In this document: positions 13,144 through 29,237 of the stretch, piece after piece
Position numbering within the stretch: the stretch's first letter is position 1
How the letters are laid out: the number at the start of each line of letters is the position of its first letter
Origin: Eledone cirrhosa
Lineage: Eukaryota
Assembly: GCA_964016885.1 (NCBI GenBank)
Contig: OZ024743.1
Span: forward strand, 65,348,001 to 65,412,000
Direction: 5' to 3'
DNA: 64,000 nucleotides
Notes under the pieces: generated by a model
The model's input: the letters and a program-made list of their open reading frames with translations, nothing else
The model's database searches: none
What the model was told of the DNA's origin: nothing
Position numbers and translations under genes: made by a program

Positions 13144-13793
13144 TCTCTCTTTCTATCTCTATCTGTTTATCTATTCCCCCTCCCTCTCTTTCTCAATCAC
13201 TCTCTCATCCGCCTCTCTTTCTCACCATCCCTTATTTCTCCCCTCTAACTCTTTGTCATCGGGCGAAATATTAATCTTCTCTCTTAATATTTCCTCTCTT
13301 TCTTTCTCTATACACTCTCCTACTTTTCTTACACACTCTCTCTCACTCTCTTACTCTCCCATTCGCCTTCTCCCACTCTTACTCATTCTCTCTCATCTTC
13401 TCTTAATATTTCCTCTCTTTCCTTCTCTATACAGTTTATCTCTTCCAACACACTCTCTCTCTATCACAACCTTTTCTCTTTCTCTCTCTCTCTCCTACTC
13501 TCTCTCGTTCTCTCTCTTATTTTCTCTCTCCCACTCTCTCTTGTTCTCTCTCTCCCACTCTCTCTCGTTCTCTCTCTGTTTATCTCTCTCTCTCTCTCCC
13601 ACTCTTTATCTCTGTCTCTCTCTCCTACTCTCTCTCGTTCTCTCTCTTTTCTACTCTCTCTCGTTTTCTTACTCTCTCGTTCTCACGCTCTTTCTATTGT
13701 TCCCTTCCCCTCCTCTACCACTTTACTCCCTCCTCTCTCTCTCGTCCTCCATTCCTCTCTCTCCCTCAATCCATCAACTCCCCTCTATCTCTC
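13144..13793. repeat. Degenerate (CT)-rich low-complexity tract
   Basis: Direct inspection; source of the Ser/Leu ORF 13253..13816. Confidence 0.9.
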
Positions 13794-13912
13794 GGTACGC
13801 TAAAGGTATTCTTTAAGCTATATATACCCATCTTACAACGGTATCTACCAATGTTTGGTGTGTATTCTATAGTTTGTGTGGGACATTTGTCTATTTTCGG
13901 TACAATTAACTG

Positions 13913-14237
13913 GTTGGTGATCCTATCTTGTTGGTGATCCTAGCTTGTTGGTGATCCTAGCTTGTTGGTGATCATAGCATGTTGGGGATTTTAGCTTGTT
14001 GGTGATCCTAGCTTATTGGTGATCTTAGCTTGTTGGTGATCATAGCATGTTGGTGATTTTAGCTTGTTGGTGATCCTAGCTTGTTGGTGATCATAGCATG
14101 TTGGTGATTTTAGCTTGTTGGTGATCCTAGCTTATTGGTGATCCTAGCTTGTTGGTGATCCTATCTTGTTGGTGATCCTAGCTTGTTGGTGATCCTAGCT
14201 TGTTGGTGATCCTAGATTGTTGGTGATCCTAGCTTGT
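13913..14237 (+). repeat. 17-bp minisatellite (TTGGTGATCCTAGCTTG), ~19 units
   Basis: Head-to-tail units with ATCATAGCA and ATTTTAGC variants. Confidence 0.92.
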
Positions 14238-14686
14238 TTGTTGTTTAGTGTAGTTCTGGCGACATGTTTGTCTTCCTTCTCTCCCAAAAGTAGTATTTCA
14301 ACTTCTCACCTTCGATACTAAAGAATGTTCAGACATATACATACATTCATATATACACATATATAAACATACCTACATACATACTCATACATACATATAA
14401 ATATACATACATACACACATACATACATACGTACACATACACACACATATATATATGTTTATATATATATATATATACAGACATACATTCACACATATCA
14501 CTCATATATACATCTATATATGTATGCCTGTATGTATATATATATATATATTGCTATTAAGCTTTAGCAAAGAAACTATGCTTTCACTTTTGCAGGGATC
14601 TTTAGAAGAATAAATCTCGAGAAAAACAATATATTATAAAACACACAGATACCACGTCATTTTCCTTTATCATTATTGTTTCTTGG

Positions 14687-14729
14687 TGTCAAAATTTTCG
14701 TCGCACTCTTTGCGACATGGTCAGTGACA
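14687..14729 (-). ncRNA. Minimal type I hammerhead motif, G8C variant (probably inactive), PLE pLTR remnant
   Basis: Minus strand: TGTCA-CTGACCA-tGTCGCA aagag TGCGAC-GAA-AATT-T-TGACA. Stems I and II pair and stem III is palindromic. Confidence 0.65.
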
Positions 14730-15369
14730 AATCTACACAGCAACTATTAACAGTTTTATGTCTTTTTAAATGGTTAAGATGACTACTTTTCCACGATGAA
14801 ATTTAGTTTCAGCATACGATCTCTGATAAAGTGATTTTACCAGACTCCGAATATATATATCACGATAAATTAACGGAACCATAGACTCTCGTTATTCCCT
14901 GTCAATAATGTGCTCAAAGGAAAAGGAATCCTGAGCTCTTTAAAATACAATATGTTGAAAAGGTAACACATCGTGATATTTTGCTCCTTATAACAGGCTT
15001 TCCTCTCTCTCTGTTTGGTTGAGCACACTTCTTTGAGTGGTTTTTGGGCTGCCTTTCTAGCAGCTCGTCCCTCAGATACCACTGGTTTACTGCCCTAAAC
15101 ACGCTGTGACATCTCTCTTCCGCATGCAGCTGGACAGTCGCTTTAGATTCTCTTAGAGTTGTCTGGAATGTATAGTCTTGCACGCGCTGATGAACCATAG
15201 GTTATTCTATTTCAGTCAACAACTTCCTGGCGAAACAGATCTCTTTGGATTTGTACGCGTGTGTTATATAGTTATAGAGGTGCGTATATACATTTTAATT
15301 TATATTTTTAATTATTGTGTCTACCCTGCCTTCCATAGATTATAGACTCCATACACTGGTGGTTTTCCC

Positions 15370-15415
<46 letters not shown>

Positions 15416-15694
15416 CGTTCTTCCCCAAACTCTCACACTCACATCCACACTTACACACGTACACCTACACACATACACACACACCACCTTCCACCCTCCC
15501 CGCTCAGACCCCCTATCTCCCTCCCCCTCCATCCACCCACCACCACCCATACACGCCTCACACCCTTTCACCACTTGTTTCATTTTAATTTTTTTACCCT
15601 CTTTTTAATAATTTTTTTTCCTTCCCTTTAATTTTACCCCTTTTAATGTCTTCCCCCCTCACACCCACGGAACTCTTTTCCCTCCCACTTTTCT

Positions 15695-15760
15695 CCAGAT
15701 GAAGGGCTTATGCCCGAAAGTCGTCTCCCACCCCCACTCTCAAGCGTGAACCTAATACTA
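15695..15760 (+). ncRNA. Degenerate hammerhead motif plus CAAGCGTGAACCTAATA tail (same family as 19016 and 45280)
   Basis: CAGATGA-aGGGC ttat GCCC-GAAA; the downstream motif is shared with two other copies. Confidence 0.5.
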
Positions 15761-16135
15761 ACACATTGTACTGGTCTCTTCGTTATTATTTTTGTTTTTT
15801 GTTTTAACATATATATCTATATATCTATATATCTATATATCTATATATCTATATATCTATATATTAAAACTCATTCTTTGATATACTCATTGAATCTTGT
15901 TTAACACTTTAATATATATATATATATATATGTCCGTTGAGAACAAATCTGTTGCTCTACTTGGCTGCTATTTTTTTAGTAGTAATTGTAGACAGCAAGT
16001 CTTTGATTTTCCCGCTTTTACTTCGGTCCAGTTTACATACGGGTCACTTTTACGACCTTTCAGACCTTTATTAGCTGGCAGGAGGTTGTATATTTTGTCG
16101 TTCCTGGGACGTTTAGCCCTAGGAAGGGAAAATGC

Positions 16136-16214
16136 TTCTCTGATGAGCTTTGGTTTTCCATCATAAATCCATCGGATTTATGAGGTTTTACAAAGCGAAA
16201 CTGATCAGTAAGGG
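16136..16214 (+). ncRNA. Type I hammerhead ribozyme motif, canonical core
   Basis: TCT-CTGATGA-GCTTTG...CAAAGC-GAA-ACTGATCAGT-A-AGG. Predicted GUA cleavage after 16210. Confidence 0.75.
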
Positions 16215-16400
16215 CCACTAGAAGAGGTAAATATTTATATTATATTTTTTAATGTATTTTGAAAAATTGATTGAATTTTACTTGTTCTGCTTATCTTAAT
16301 ATTAAAGTTCTGGTGTATCAAATTAACACCATTGAACAACCTTGAATCATAGACAACCTATGTATTTCTAGGGGTACCTAGTATCCCTGGACATATTAAC

Positions 16401-16534
<134 letters not shown>

Positions 16535-16712
16535 CTTAACCTTTCATACTTACGTGATCAATAAATAAAGTACTAATAACGCACTAGGGCCGAATTAATC
16601 GACTTTCCTCTCCCCCAAAATTGTTGGCCTTGTGCCTAAATTAAAAATCATTATTAATATATATGTATTATAAAGAGCCATGACCCGACGGCCGAGCTCT
16701 TGCCGTTTCAAC

Positions 16713-16816
<104 letters not shown>

Positions 16817-16869
16817 GTATATATATACAGTGGGTAACCGAAACTGAGCCAATCTGTATATAAATATAT

Positions 16870-17480
16870 ATGGTAGCTGCCAACTCGTTTTCGAGTACGG
16901 CCACTACTTTATATCCATGTAGGAGAACCCCTACCGATGCGCTGAACAAGTGTGACTTTTCAGACTAGCCAGCGACTTGAAAACTCTGGTACAAACACTA
17001 CACTTGTGACAATTATTGACACATAGTGCTGGGCCCATGGTTCCATGTGACGACAAGTGCAGAGAGATCTCCAGATATAAAGCAATGCCTGTGCCGTGAA
17101 GCTGTTATAGTGAGCAAAGGCACTGCACAAAGCCAGTCCCACTCTCTTAACCAAGATGATATTTACCAAAAAGAAGAACAAGTCAACATCATTGGATACC
17201 ATCAGAGTTGCAGGTGTTAGATCAGAGTTTTCCTTCTCCTAGAATTCTGCCTTGACAAAGGCTAAGGGGTCATCTCTCCCGGTGATTTTGGATGGCCATT
17301 GACTCTTAAGAGCTCCTTTGTCCTTTGACAGGTTTTGATTTTAGTCGTGCAGGATGTCCAAAGTCACCCTCCTCACCAAGAAACCTTGGTGGGGTTGCCA
17401 GTTTAGTCGCCAACGACCCGACCATGAGACAGGTTGTACTGGGATACATGTTACCAGTAGCACCAACTGGTGACCTGACA
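16870..17480 (-). mobile_element. Bipartite RTE-derived non-autonomous element, longest 5' end
   Basis: Reverse complement of 10466-11063 with ~10 extra 5' bases. Confidence 0.88.
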
Positions 17481-17559
17481 TACATATATATACTTGACAT
17501 AAATATATATACTTACATAAATACATACATATTCACACATACACACACTCACACTCACA

Positions 17560-17644
<85 letters not shown>

Positions 17645-18077
17645 GCGCACACACGCACATACGCACACACATATATATATATATACAGTGGGTAACCGAA
17701 ACTGCGTCAATCTGTATATAAATATATAAAATATATAAAATCCAAATTCAATAAACAAACGAGGATTTTTTCATTCTGAGGATTGAAAGCAAAACCTTTT
17801 GCTTTTAAGAAACCACTGGTAAATGGAATAATTGCCTTATGTTGTTTATTACATAATAATAATATAAATATATATATACTTACATAAATACATACACACT
17901 CACACATACACACACACTCACACACACACACACTCACACTCACACACACACACACACATACACAGACACACACGCACACACACGCACATACATATAAATA
18001 TATATACATATATATATACATATATATATACATATATAAATACATATATATATATACATATATATATACATATATAA

Positions 18078-18117
<40 letters not shown>

Positions 18118-18186
18118 ATACATATATATATATGTGAAATATTTTAACCGATTCCGCACATTTCATATTCGAATACAACTAACCCC

Positions 18187-18242
<56 letters not shown>

Positions 18243-18383
18243 CTCTCTCTCTCTCACATACTGTCTTGGTGTGCCACTGGATGTAACCTTGAAGTCTTTG
18301 CAGCTTGGAGTCGTCATGACTTAAAGACTTCGTAAAATTCTTAGGATATTTACCGAGCACTTTTAAGAATGCTGAATAATTTT

Positions 18384-18575
18384 AACAACACCACCACCAC
18401 CAACAACAACAGCAACAACAACAACAACAACAGCAACAACAACAGCAACAACAACAGCAACAACAACAGCAACAACAGCAACAACAAAAACGACAACAAC
18501 AGCAATAACAACAACAACAACAGCAACAACAACGACGACAACAGCAGCAACAACAACAACGACAACAACAACAGC

Positions 18576-18626
<51 letters not shown>

Positions 18627-18715
18627 AAAAACAACAACAAAACAAGAACGACTACAAAAATAACAACAACAAAACAACAACAACAACAACAACAAAAATA
18701 ATAACAATAATAATA
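18384..18715. repeat. (AAC/AGC)n trinucleotide tract
   Basis: Direct inspection; source of the poly-N, poly-V, poly-L and poly-C ORFs. Confidence 0.95.
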
Positions 18716-19015
18716 AATTTGTTCGCTATTTAATCCTCATAGTTTTTCTTCTACATGACTAATTGCTTTACGAGTTAGACCTATACACCATTGTAAAGGA
18801 ATGTATATAAATTATCTCATAAAATATCATAGCATCGTATTTTACTACGCAAGTACATAAACATACACACACACTCTCACACACGTACACACACACACAC
18901 ACACACACACACTCACTCACACACACATACACACACACATACACACATACACACGGATGTATATATGTGTGTGTGTGTGTATGTATATATCTATTTCTGT
19001 TCTCATCCATTCTAT

Positions 19016-19085
19016 CTTCCGATGAAGGACTAACGTCCGAAACGTAAAGGGTATTCCCCCACTATATCAAGCGTTAAACTAATAT
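19016..19085 (+). ncRNA. Minimal hammerhead motif (U4C) plus CAAGCGTTAAACTAATA tail
   Basis: CTT-CCGATGA-aGGAC taac GTCC-GAA-ACGT-A-AAG. Confidence 0.65.
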
Positions 19086-19159
19086 AGTGTATTGTATTGT
19101 TCTGCCGGACTTTTTGTTGTTGAAATTTCTTATATCTATATACCGTATATACATCCATA

Positions 19160-19450
19160 GCGAATTGGTGGAGTTGTTAGAGCATCAAATAGAATACTTT
19201 GTGGCATTCGTTTCGGTTCGCTGTTCTCTGAGTTCAAATCCCTCCGACGTCAATTTTACCTTTCATCCTTTTGAGGTCGATAAAAAAAGTATCAGTCATG
19301 TACTGAGGCCGATTCTTCCTCTATATCTCTTTCTCATTTCCATTCTTCCACTCTCTCAATCCTTCGCAGGAAGACATCTACTGTTTTGAAATGTCCTAGA
19401 AACGTCGTATGTCAATACGGCGCTCCTATTACACCCGCAGGAGTTACAGG
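19160..19450 (+). mobile_element. tRNA-derived SINE (core ...TTTCATCCTTTYGRGGTCGATAAAA..GTAC) with recurring downstream module
   Basis: B-box-like GAGTTCAAATCC and a conserved core found in more than 10 copies in the window. The downstream module recurs at ~37403, ~59548, ~60300(-) and ~31840(-). Confidence 0.75.
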
Positions 19451-19477
19451 ACCACCCATCCATATCTCTCTCTCTCC

Positions 19478-19562
<85 letters not shown>

Positions 19563-19654
19563 TAATTATAAGAACATATTAAAGTTTAAGCAAATAATCA
19601 CTGCTTTCACCCTTAACGGGATCTTCTTCGGATTTTAGTCTTCACATTTATTAT

Positions 19655-19708
<54 letters not shown>

Positions 19709-19764
19709 ATATATGCTTATATGTATATACCTATATTTATAAATACACACACACACAGACACAT

Positions 19765-19808
<44 letters not shown>

Positions 19809-20639
19809 TCATAAATATTTAAGCATACACTCTTACACACACCCACACACATATATACACACACACACATATATATGTATGCTATAGAAACAGAAAAGAT
19901 ATTTATCTCTGCAGAGTTTCAGTGTGTGCGTTTATATATGTGTATGTGTGTGTCTGTGAGTGTGTGTGTATGTGTGTGTATGTGAGAGTGTGTGTGTGAG
20001 TATGTGTGCGTGTGAGTGTGTGTTTGTGTGTGTGAGTGTGTGTATGTGTGTGTGTGAGAATCTGTGTATGTGTGTGTCTGTGAGTGTGTCTGAGTGTGTG
20101 TGTGAGTGTGTACGTGTTTGTGTGTATGTGTGTGAATCTGTTATATAACTACCCCCCCCCCCCCTGCTAGGGCCCCTAATCCTGTATAATTCCCCCTCCA
20201 ACCTCCCAAAGTGTGATTCACCATTCCCAGAACTCTTCTATTCCTAATGTGAGATAATATCTCTTTGATAATTACGATCTCATTCTCTGATAAACCTCAG
20301 CTCCCGCTACCATTTCTCTCTACAACTGACAATCTTTCTCTCTGTTTGTCTGCCTCTCAGTCTTTCTGTCTCTCTCTCTGTCTCTCTGTATGCCTGTTTG
20401 CCTGTCTGCCTGTCTGTCTGTCGATGTGTCTGTTTGTCTGTCTGCCTGTCTATCTGTTTGTCTGTCTGTCTGCCTGTCTGTTTGTCTGCCTGTCTGTCTG
20501 TTTGTCAGTCTGTCTGTCTGTCTATCTATCTCTCTGTTTGCTTATATAGTATAAATAAAGTTAACAAAGTTATATAGTATAAATAAAGTTAACATAAAGT
20601 TATATAGTATAAATAAAGTTTCATACACTTAACATGTAT

Positions 20640-20724
20640 GTGCGACCATTCGTTTCGGGGTCGAATTATGGCCACCACTGTATATTGGAAGAGGCTCTTC
20701 TAAACTGACCCCTCATAGGGCACC
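20640..20724 (-). ncRNA. Degenerate hammerhead motif (core CCTATGA)
   Basis: Minus strand: GTGC-CCTATGA-GGGGTC...GACCCC-GAAAC...GT-C-GCAC. Stems I and II are intact but the core is mutated. Confidence 0.5.
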
Positions 20725-21029
20725 AAGACAAATAAAGACGTATAGTTATCCGTGATGAGGGGTCAGACCCTCCTCCAATCTGTACATATATATATATATA
20801 TATATATAAATTTTGAATATGTGTTGGTTGTTTACCGACACCTCATATATATATATATAGCTTAGGTGGTTAATGGGTCTTGACCAACTTCTCAGTTTGT
20901 ATGGCCTTTATAACCTATGTTTATTGCTCTGGTCTTTTTTAGCCCATGGAGCGCTTGCCAGCATGACTCGGAATTTGCGTTGCGTTTCGCTTTTTCTACC
21001 CGCCGAAATGCGATTCTCGCTGAATTTGC

Positions 21030-21088
<59 letters not shown>

Positions 21089-21091
<3 letters not shown>

Positions 21092-21750
21092 TAATTCGCC
21101 GTTTATCGCGGGGTATACGTTCTAGAACCAACCGCCATAAATGAAAATCCGCGATATAGAGAGACCATAAAGACAACCGTTATTTTAATAGTTTAAGCCT
21201 TAAAATACCTCTCCTACATACTTTAAGTACATATAAACTCATTAAAATACACTTTCGTATTTAACCACCAAAAACAGCAAGTAACGATCGTATAGAAACT
21301 ACGTCCAACGATCGTACCACTAGTTACCAATGACGACCATTACCAACCAATTTAGCCCCTTGGTAATCACTGCACATCTCCCGCCAATCTATGAAGGGTT
21401 TGTAGAGGATTAGAGAAAAACACAATCAGTAAAACAGTAATGGAATGAAAAATAAAAACATTTTTTTATAGTTAAAGCCTTAAGATGCCCCTTCCTTACG
21501 ATATGCGCTTCAATTACGCTTAATAAGTTTAAAATCTAAACACTTTTTATTCAGATGTACGTACCGCGATAAGATATATTCTAACGAAAAATCCGCGATG
21601 TAGCGAGGATTACCGAATAAGAAAATAGATATGTTCTAACGAAAAATCCGCGATATAGCGAGGATTACTGCGATAAGAAATTAGATACGTTCCAAAGAAA
21701 AATGTAGCAGAACCGCGAAAAGTGAACCGCGATATAGCGGGGGATTACAG
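21089..21750. mobile_element. Non-autonomous Tc1/mariner-pogo (Tigger-like) DNA transposon / MITE
   Basis: Imperfect TIRs CAGTAATTCGCCGTTTATCGCGG and CCGCGATATAGCGGGGGATTACAG, flanked by TA. Internal ~58-bp tandem duplication near 21565-21690. Confidence 0.8.
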
Positions 21751-22244
21751 TATATATAAATATTTGTGTGTTTGTGTGTGTTATTTTGTATATTATGAAA
21801 TACATATTTGGCAAGAGCCAAATATGTATTTCATAATATACAAACAAAAAAATAATAGCAACAAAAAAAAAAAAATCGTAAAACAAAAAAGAGATATTTA
21901 AAAAAATATATTTCCAGCCAATCAAAAATCTTTAAAACGTTAAATTCTAATTTTTAAAATTTTTTCAAAACTCTATTTCAATGGAATTGTTGGTATATCA
22001 TTTCTCAGTCCTGATTAGATCTAGAAATATTTTGTAAATAGTTTGTTCTTAACTTAGTTGTCATCAAAATACTTTCCATATTTCTGTCTTGATGTGAAGT
22101 GGCGTGGCTTTGAGAGGGAATTCGGCTCACGATCCTAAGGTCATGAGTTCGATTCCCGGTGGCTCTATATAGTTAAAAGTTAGTGCCCAACGGCTGAGCT
22201 CACGCTGTTTCACTATGGCCTTACTAGACTAACTGGTAACCCCT

Positions 22245-22331
<87 letters not shown>

Positions 22332-22550
22332 ATAATGAGAGGTATACAAATATATGTGTATACATACATATACATGTATATATAAAAATATATTTTTCAC
22401 AAGTATGTGAGATTCTGAGATATTTTCACTGCTACAAGGGATTAATCCCCTTTCTTGACCGGTGTACCACGTAATAGAGTCTCCCTCCGCCTTTCTGAGA
22501 TTTTCTCGCATGCTACGGAGGTATGTAGTTAGGGCTCTTCCCTGAGGTGC

Positions 22551-22641
22551 TCTCTTGATAAGCTGGCTTACCTCACAACAATGTTACATATCTATGATAT
22601 AACATTTTTGCATAGTGACCAGCGAAACTGTACAGTCGGGA
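22551..22641 (+). ncRNA. Type I hammerhead motif with compensatory U3-A8 core
   Basis: TCTC-TTGATAA-GCTGG...CCAGC-GAA-ACTGTACAGT-C-GGGA. Predicted GUC cleavage after 22637. Confidence 0.7.
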
Positions 22642-22714
22642 CTAAAGAAAAAATAAGTATATTGTATCTATTATTCCTTTTTATAATATTTTATATATAT
22701 ATATATATAAAGTA

Positions 22715-22923
22715 ACGATCGACTTTCACCAAATCGGACCGAGGAAACAATGTTTCCATTGCTCTTTCCAGTTGCTAATACTATCTATCGGTCGCAACTC
22801 CATGTAGAAGGAGCAACGGGAAATAAAGTACCTTGCTCAAGGACATAACGCATCGCCCAGTCCGAGAATCTAACTTGCAATATCACGATTGCGAATCCAA
22901 TTCTCTAACCACACAGCCACACA

Positions 22924-22925
<2 letters not shown>
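22715..22925 (-). mobile_element. tRNA-derived CORE-like SINE
   Basis: Minus strand has a tRNA-like head and GTCCTTGAGCAAG. Related copies at 27938, 31370, 41180, 47510 and 58835. Confidence 0.75.
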
Positions 22926-22994
<69 letters not shown>

Positions 22995-23496
22995 TATGTA
23001 TGTATGTATGTATACGTACATACATATATGTATACAGACGTACAGTAGTATGTATATATATACATACATGCACGCACATATATATGCACGTATCGGTTTA
23101 CCAAACATTTATTATAATGTGACGTGGTTGCCTAAACACTGTACGGCGTAATTCGGGCTGTTTGTTTGTTTACAAACAAACAAACCGAGCATTATAATAA
23201 ATGTTCGGTAAACCGATACATGCATATATATGTGTGTGCATGTATGTATATATATACATACTACTGTACGTCTGTATACATATATCTATGTACGTATACA
23301 TACATACATACTTACATTTAAGTAAGTGCCGTACTAAGAGTGAGAAATGAAATTTCGTTTCATTCTATTCCATTTATCGTTTTCGGTGCGCCCGGCCGAC
23401 TGAACTCACTCGATACGCAAATTAGGCTGCTCAGCCGTTAATATGCATAAGGAAAGTATATACTTTCAGACGTTCAACCATCTGGCAGGAAGGTAT

Positions 23497-23539
23497 ACGA
23501 TGCTGACGATAGCTAATAAGCTTGAAACTAGTACATCGT
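23497..23539 (+). ncRNA. Minimal type I hammerhead, unit 1
   Basis: ACGATG-CTGACGA-tAGCT aata AGCTt-GAA-ACTAGT-A-CATCGT: 6-bp stem I and palindromic stem III. Predicted cleavage after 23533. Confidence 0.8.
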
Positions 23540-23943
23540 TCCTGTGTCAGTGTTGAACAAAAAGGTGACATGGTTGCCTAAAAACTGTACGGCGTAATTC
23601 GGGCTGTTTGTTTGTTTGTTTACAAACAAACAAACCGAGCATTATAATAAATGTTCGGTGAATCCATACGTACATATATATATATGTGTTCATGTATGTA
23701 TATATATATATATACATACTACTGTACGTCTGTATACATATATGTATGTACGTATACATACTTATATTTAAGTAACAGCCGTACTAAGAGTGAGAAATGA
23801 AATTTCGTTTCATTTTTTCCATTTATCGTTTTCGGTACTCCGGTCGATTAACTCACTCGATATGCAAATTAGGCTGCTCAGCTGTTAATATGCACAAGGA
23901 AAGTATATACTTTCAGACGTTAAACCATCTGGCAGGAAGGTAT

Positions 23944-23986
23944 ACGATGCTGACGATAGCTAATAAGCTTGAAACTAGTACATCGT
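23944..23986 (+). ncRNA. Minimal type I hammerhead, unit 2
   Basis: Identical to the unit 1 motif. Predicted cleavage after 23980. Confidence 0.8.
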
Positions 23987-24258
23987 TACTGTGTCAGTGT
24001 TGAACAAAAAGGTGACGTGGTTGCCTAAACACTGTACGGCGTAATTCGGTCTGTTTGTTTGTTTAAACAAACAAACCGAGCATTATAATAAATGTTCGGT
24101 AAACCGATACGTGCATATATATGTGTGTGCATGTATGTATATACATACATACTACTGTACGTCTGTATACATATATGTATGTACGTATACATACATACTT
24201 ATATTTAAGTAAGTGCCGTACTAAGAGTGAGAAATGAAATTTCGTTTCATTCTATTCC

Positions 24259-24357
<99 letters not shown>

Positions 24358-24358
24358 C

Positions 24359-28045
<3,687 letters not shown>

Positions 28046-28269
28046 TGCACTGGGGTCAATTTAGTCGACTTTCCCATACCCCAAATTGCTGGCCTTGAGC
28101 CTAACTCAGAAACCTTTATTTTGTGGAACAGTTGTGTTTCTTAGATTCTCTGATTAAATTCCTTGTTGTAATCAGTGTAGGTTTAAATCCAGACAAAAAT
28201 TACATTACTTTGCATGGAGTATGGGAGAGGGTGGGGTGGGTGGGTGATGAGATAAGTACCAGTCTTTGT

Positions 28270-28572
28270 GATTGTTGTTTGTTGGTGGTGGTGGTGGGGG
28301 TGGGGGTATTGGTATTTTTGTTGGTGGTGATGTTGGTGGTGGGGGTATTGGTGTTTTTGTTATTGTTGATGGTGGTATTGTTAGAGGGGGTATTGATGTT
28401 AGTGGTGGTGGGGGTGTTGATATTATTGTTGTTGGAGGTGTTGGTATTAGTGTTGGTAGTGATTGTGTTGATGTTGTTGCTAATGTTGTTGGTGTTGTTG
28501 GTGAAGGTATTAGTGTTGGTATTGATGTTGTTGCTAATGTTGATGGTGTTGTTGTTGGTAGTGATGTTGCTG
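28270..28572. repeat. (GTT/GGT)-rich degenerate trinucleotide tract
   Basis: Direct inspection. Confidence 0.85.
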
Positions 28573-28622
28573 GCTTTGTGCTTAAATTAGAAACCATTAA
28601 AGGCGTTACGGGATTCTACATA

Positions 28623-29001
28623 CTTTCGGGTCCCGAAGAAGAGGTGGGGGATAAGTGGGGTTGGGGTTGGAAAATCGTTAAATTTTTTTAGGAATCTCCG
28701 TTGATTAAAAAAAACAAAACAGAATTAGATGTTTAGTTTAGTTATTGAAACCCCAACCCATCTTATATATCTTATAATGTATGGGATTTCTTGAAATGTA
28801 ATTTTTTTGTCATTTATAATATGTTTTAATGTAAAAAGAAAATTAATTGTCGTAGGAATGCTACCACTTGAAATAAAATTTCAGCAGAGATAAATTAGCA
28901 TAATTTAATGAGTGGGGGGTGGAATAAAAGCGAGGGGGTGGTGGGAAAATTCTGAAAAATTAATTAGCGAGGAGGGGTGACGATTATTCGAAACCTGAGA
29001 G
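28623..29001. mobile_element. MITE (TA-CTYTCGGGTC...ACCTGAGAG-TA), same family as 52946-53496
   Basis: Imperfect TIRs flanked by TA, with internal similarity to the 52946 copy. Confidence 0.65.
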
Positions 29002-29095
29002 TATATACATACACAGCCACAGACATATACACTGCTTAGTTATCTAAAACCTTCTTTTCCGTCTCTTTTGCGTTATCACTTTTAATGTGGTCTCC

Positions 29096-29166
<71 letters not shown>

Positions 29167-29197
29167 AAGGTAGCGAGCTAGGTAGCAAGGTAGAGAG

Positions 29198-29224
<27 letters not shown>

Positions 29225-29237
<13 letters not shown>

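Larger units (their letters stand above)
22992..24264 (+). mobile_element. Retrozyme-like array: ~2.55 tandem ~447-bp non-coding units plus an inverted 5' segment, in (AT)n
   Basis: Units start at 23119, 23565 and 24012. 22992-23119 is the reverse complement of ~23190-23313. There is one hammerhead per full unit. Confidence 0.85.

Noticed and set aside
14870-15250. Possible GIY-YIG remnant upstream of the 14687 hammerhead
   Set aside because: Only a vague resemblance across frames, which cannot be supported without a profile search.
22098-22162. tRNA gene (also 27938 and 47510)
   Set aside because: A/B-box-like motifs are present but there is no complete cloverleaf, and the longer copies run into SINE bodies.
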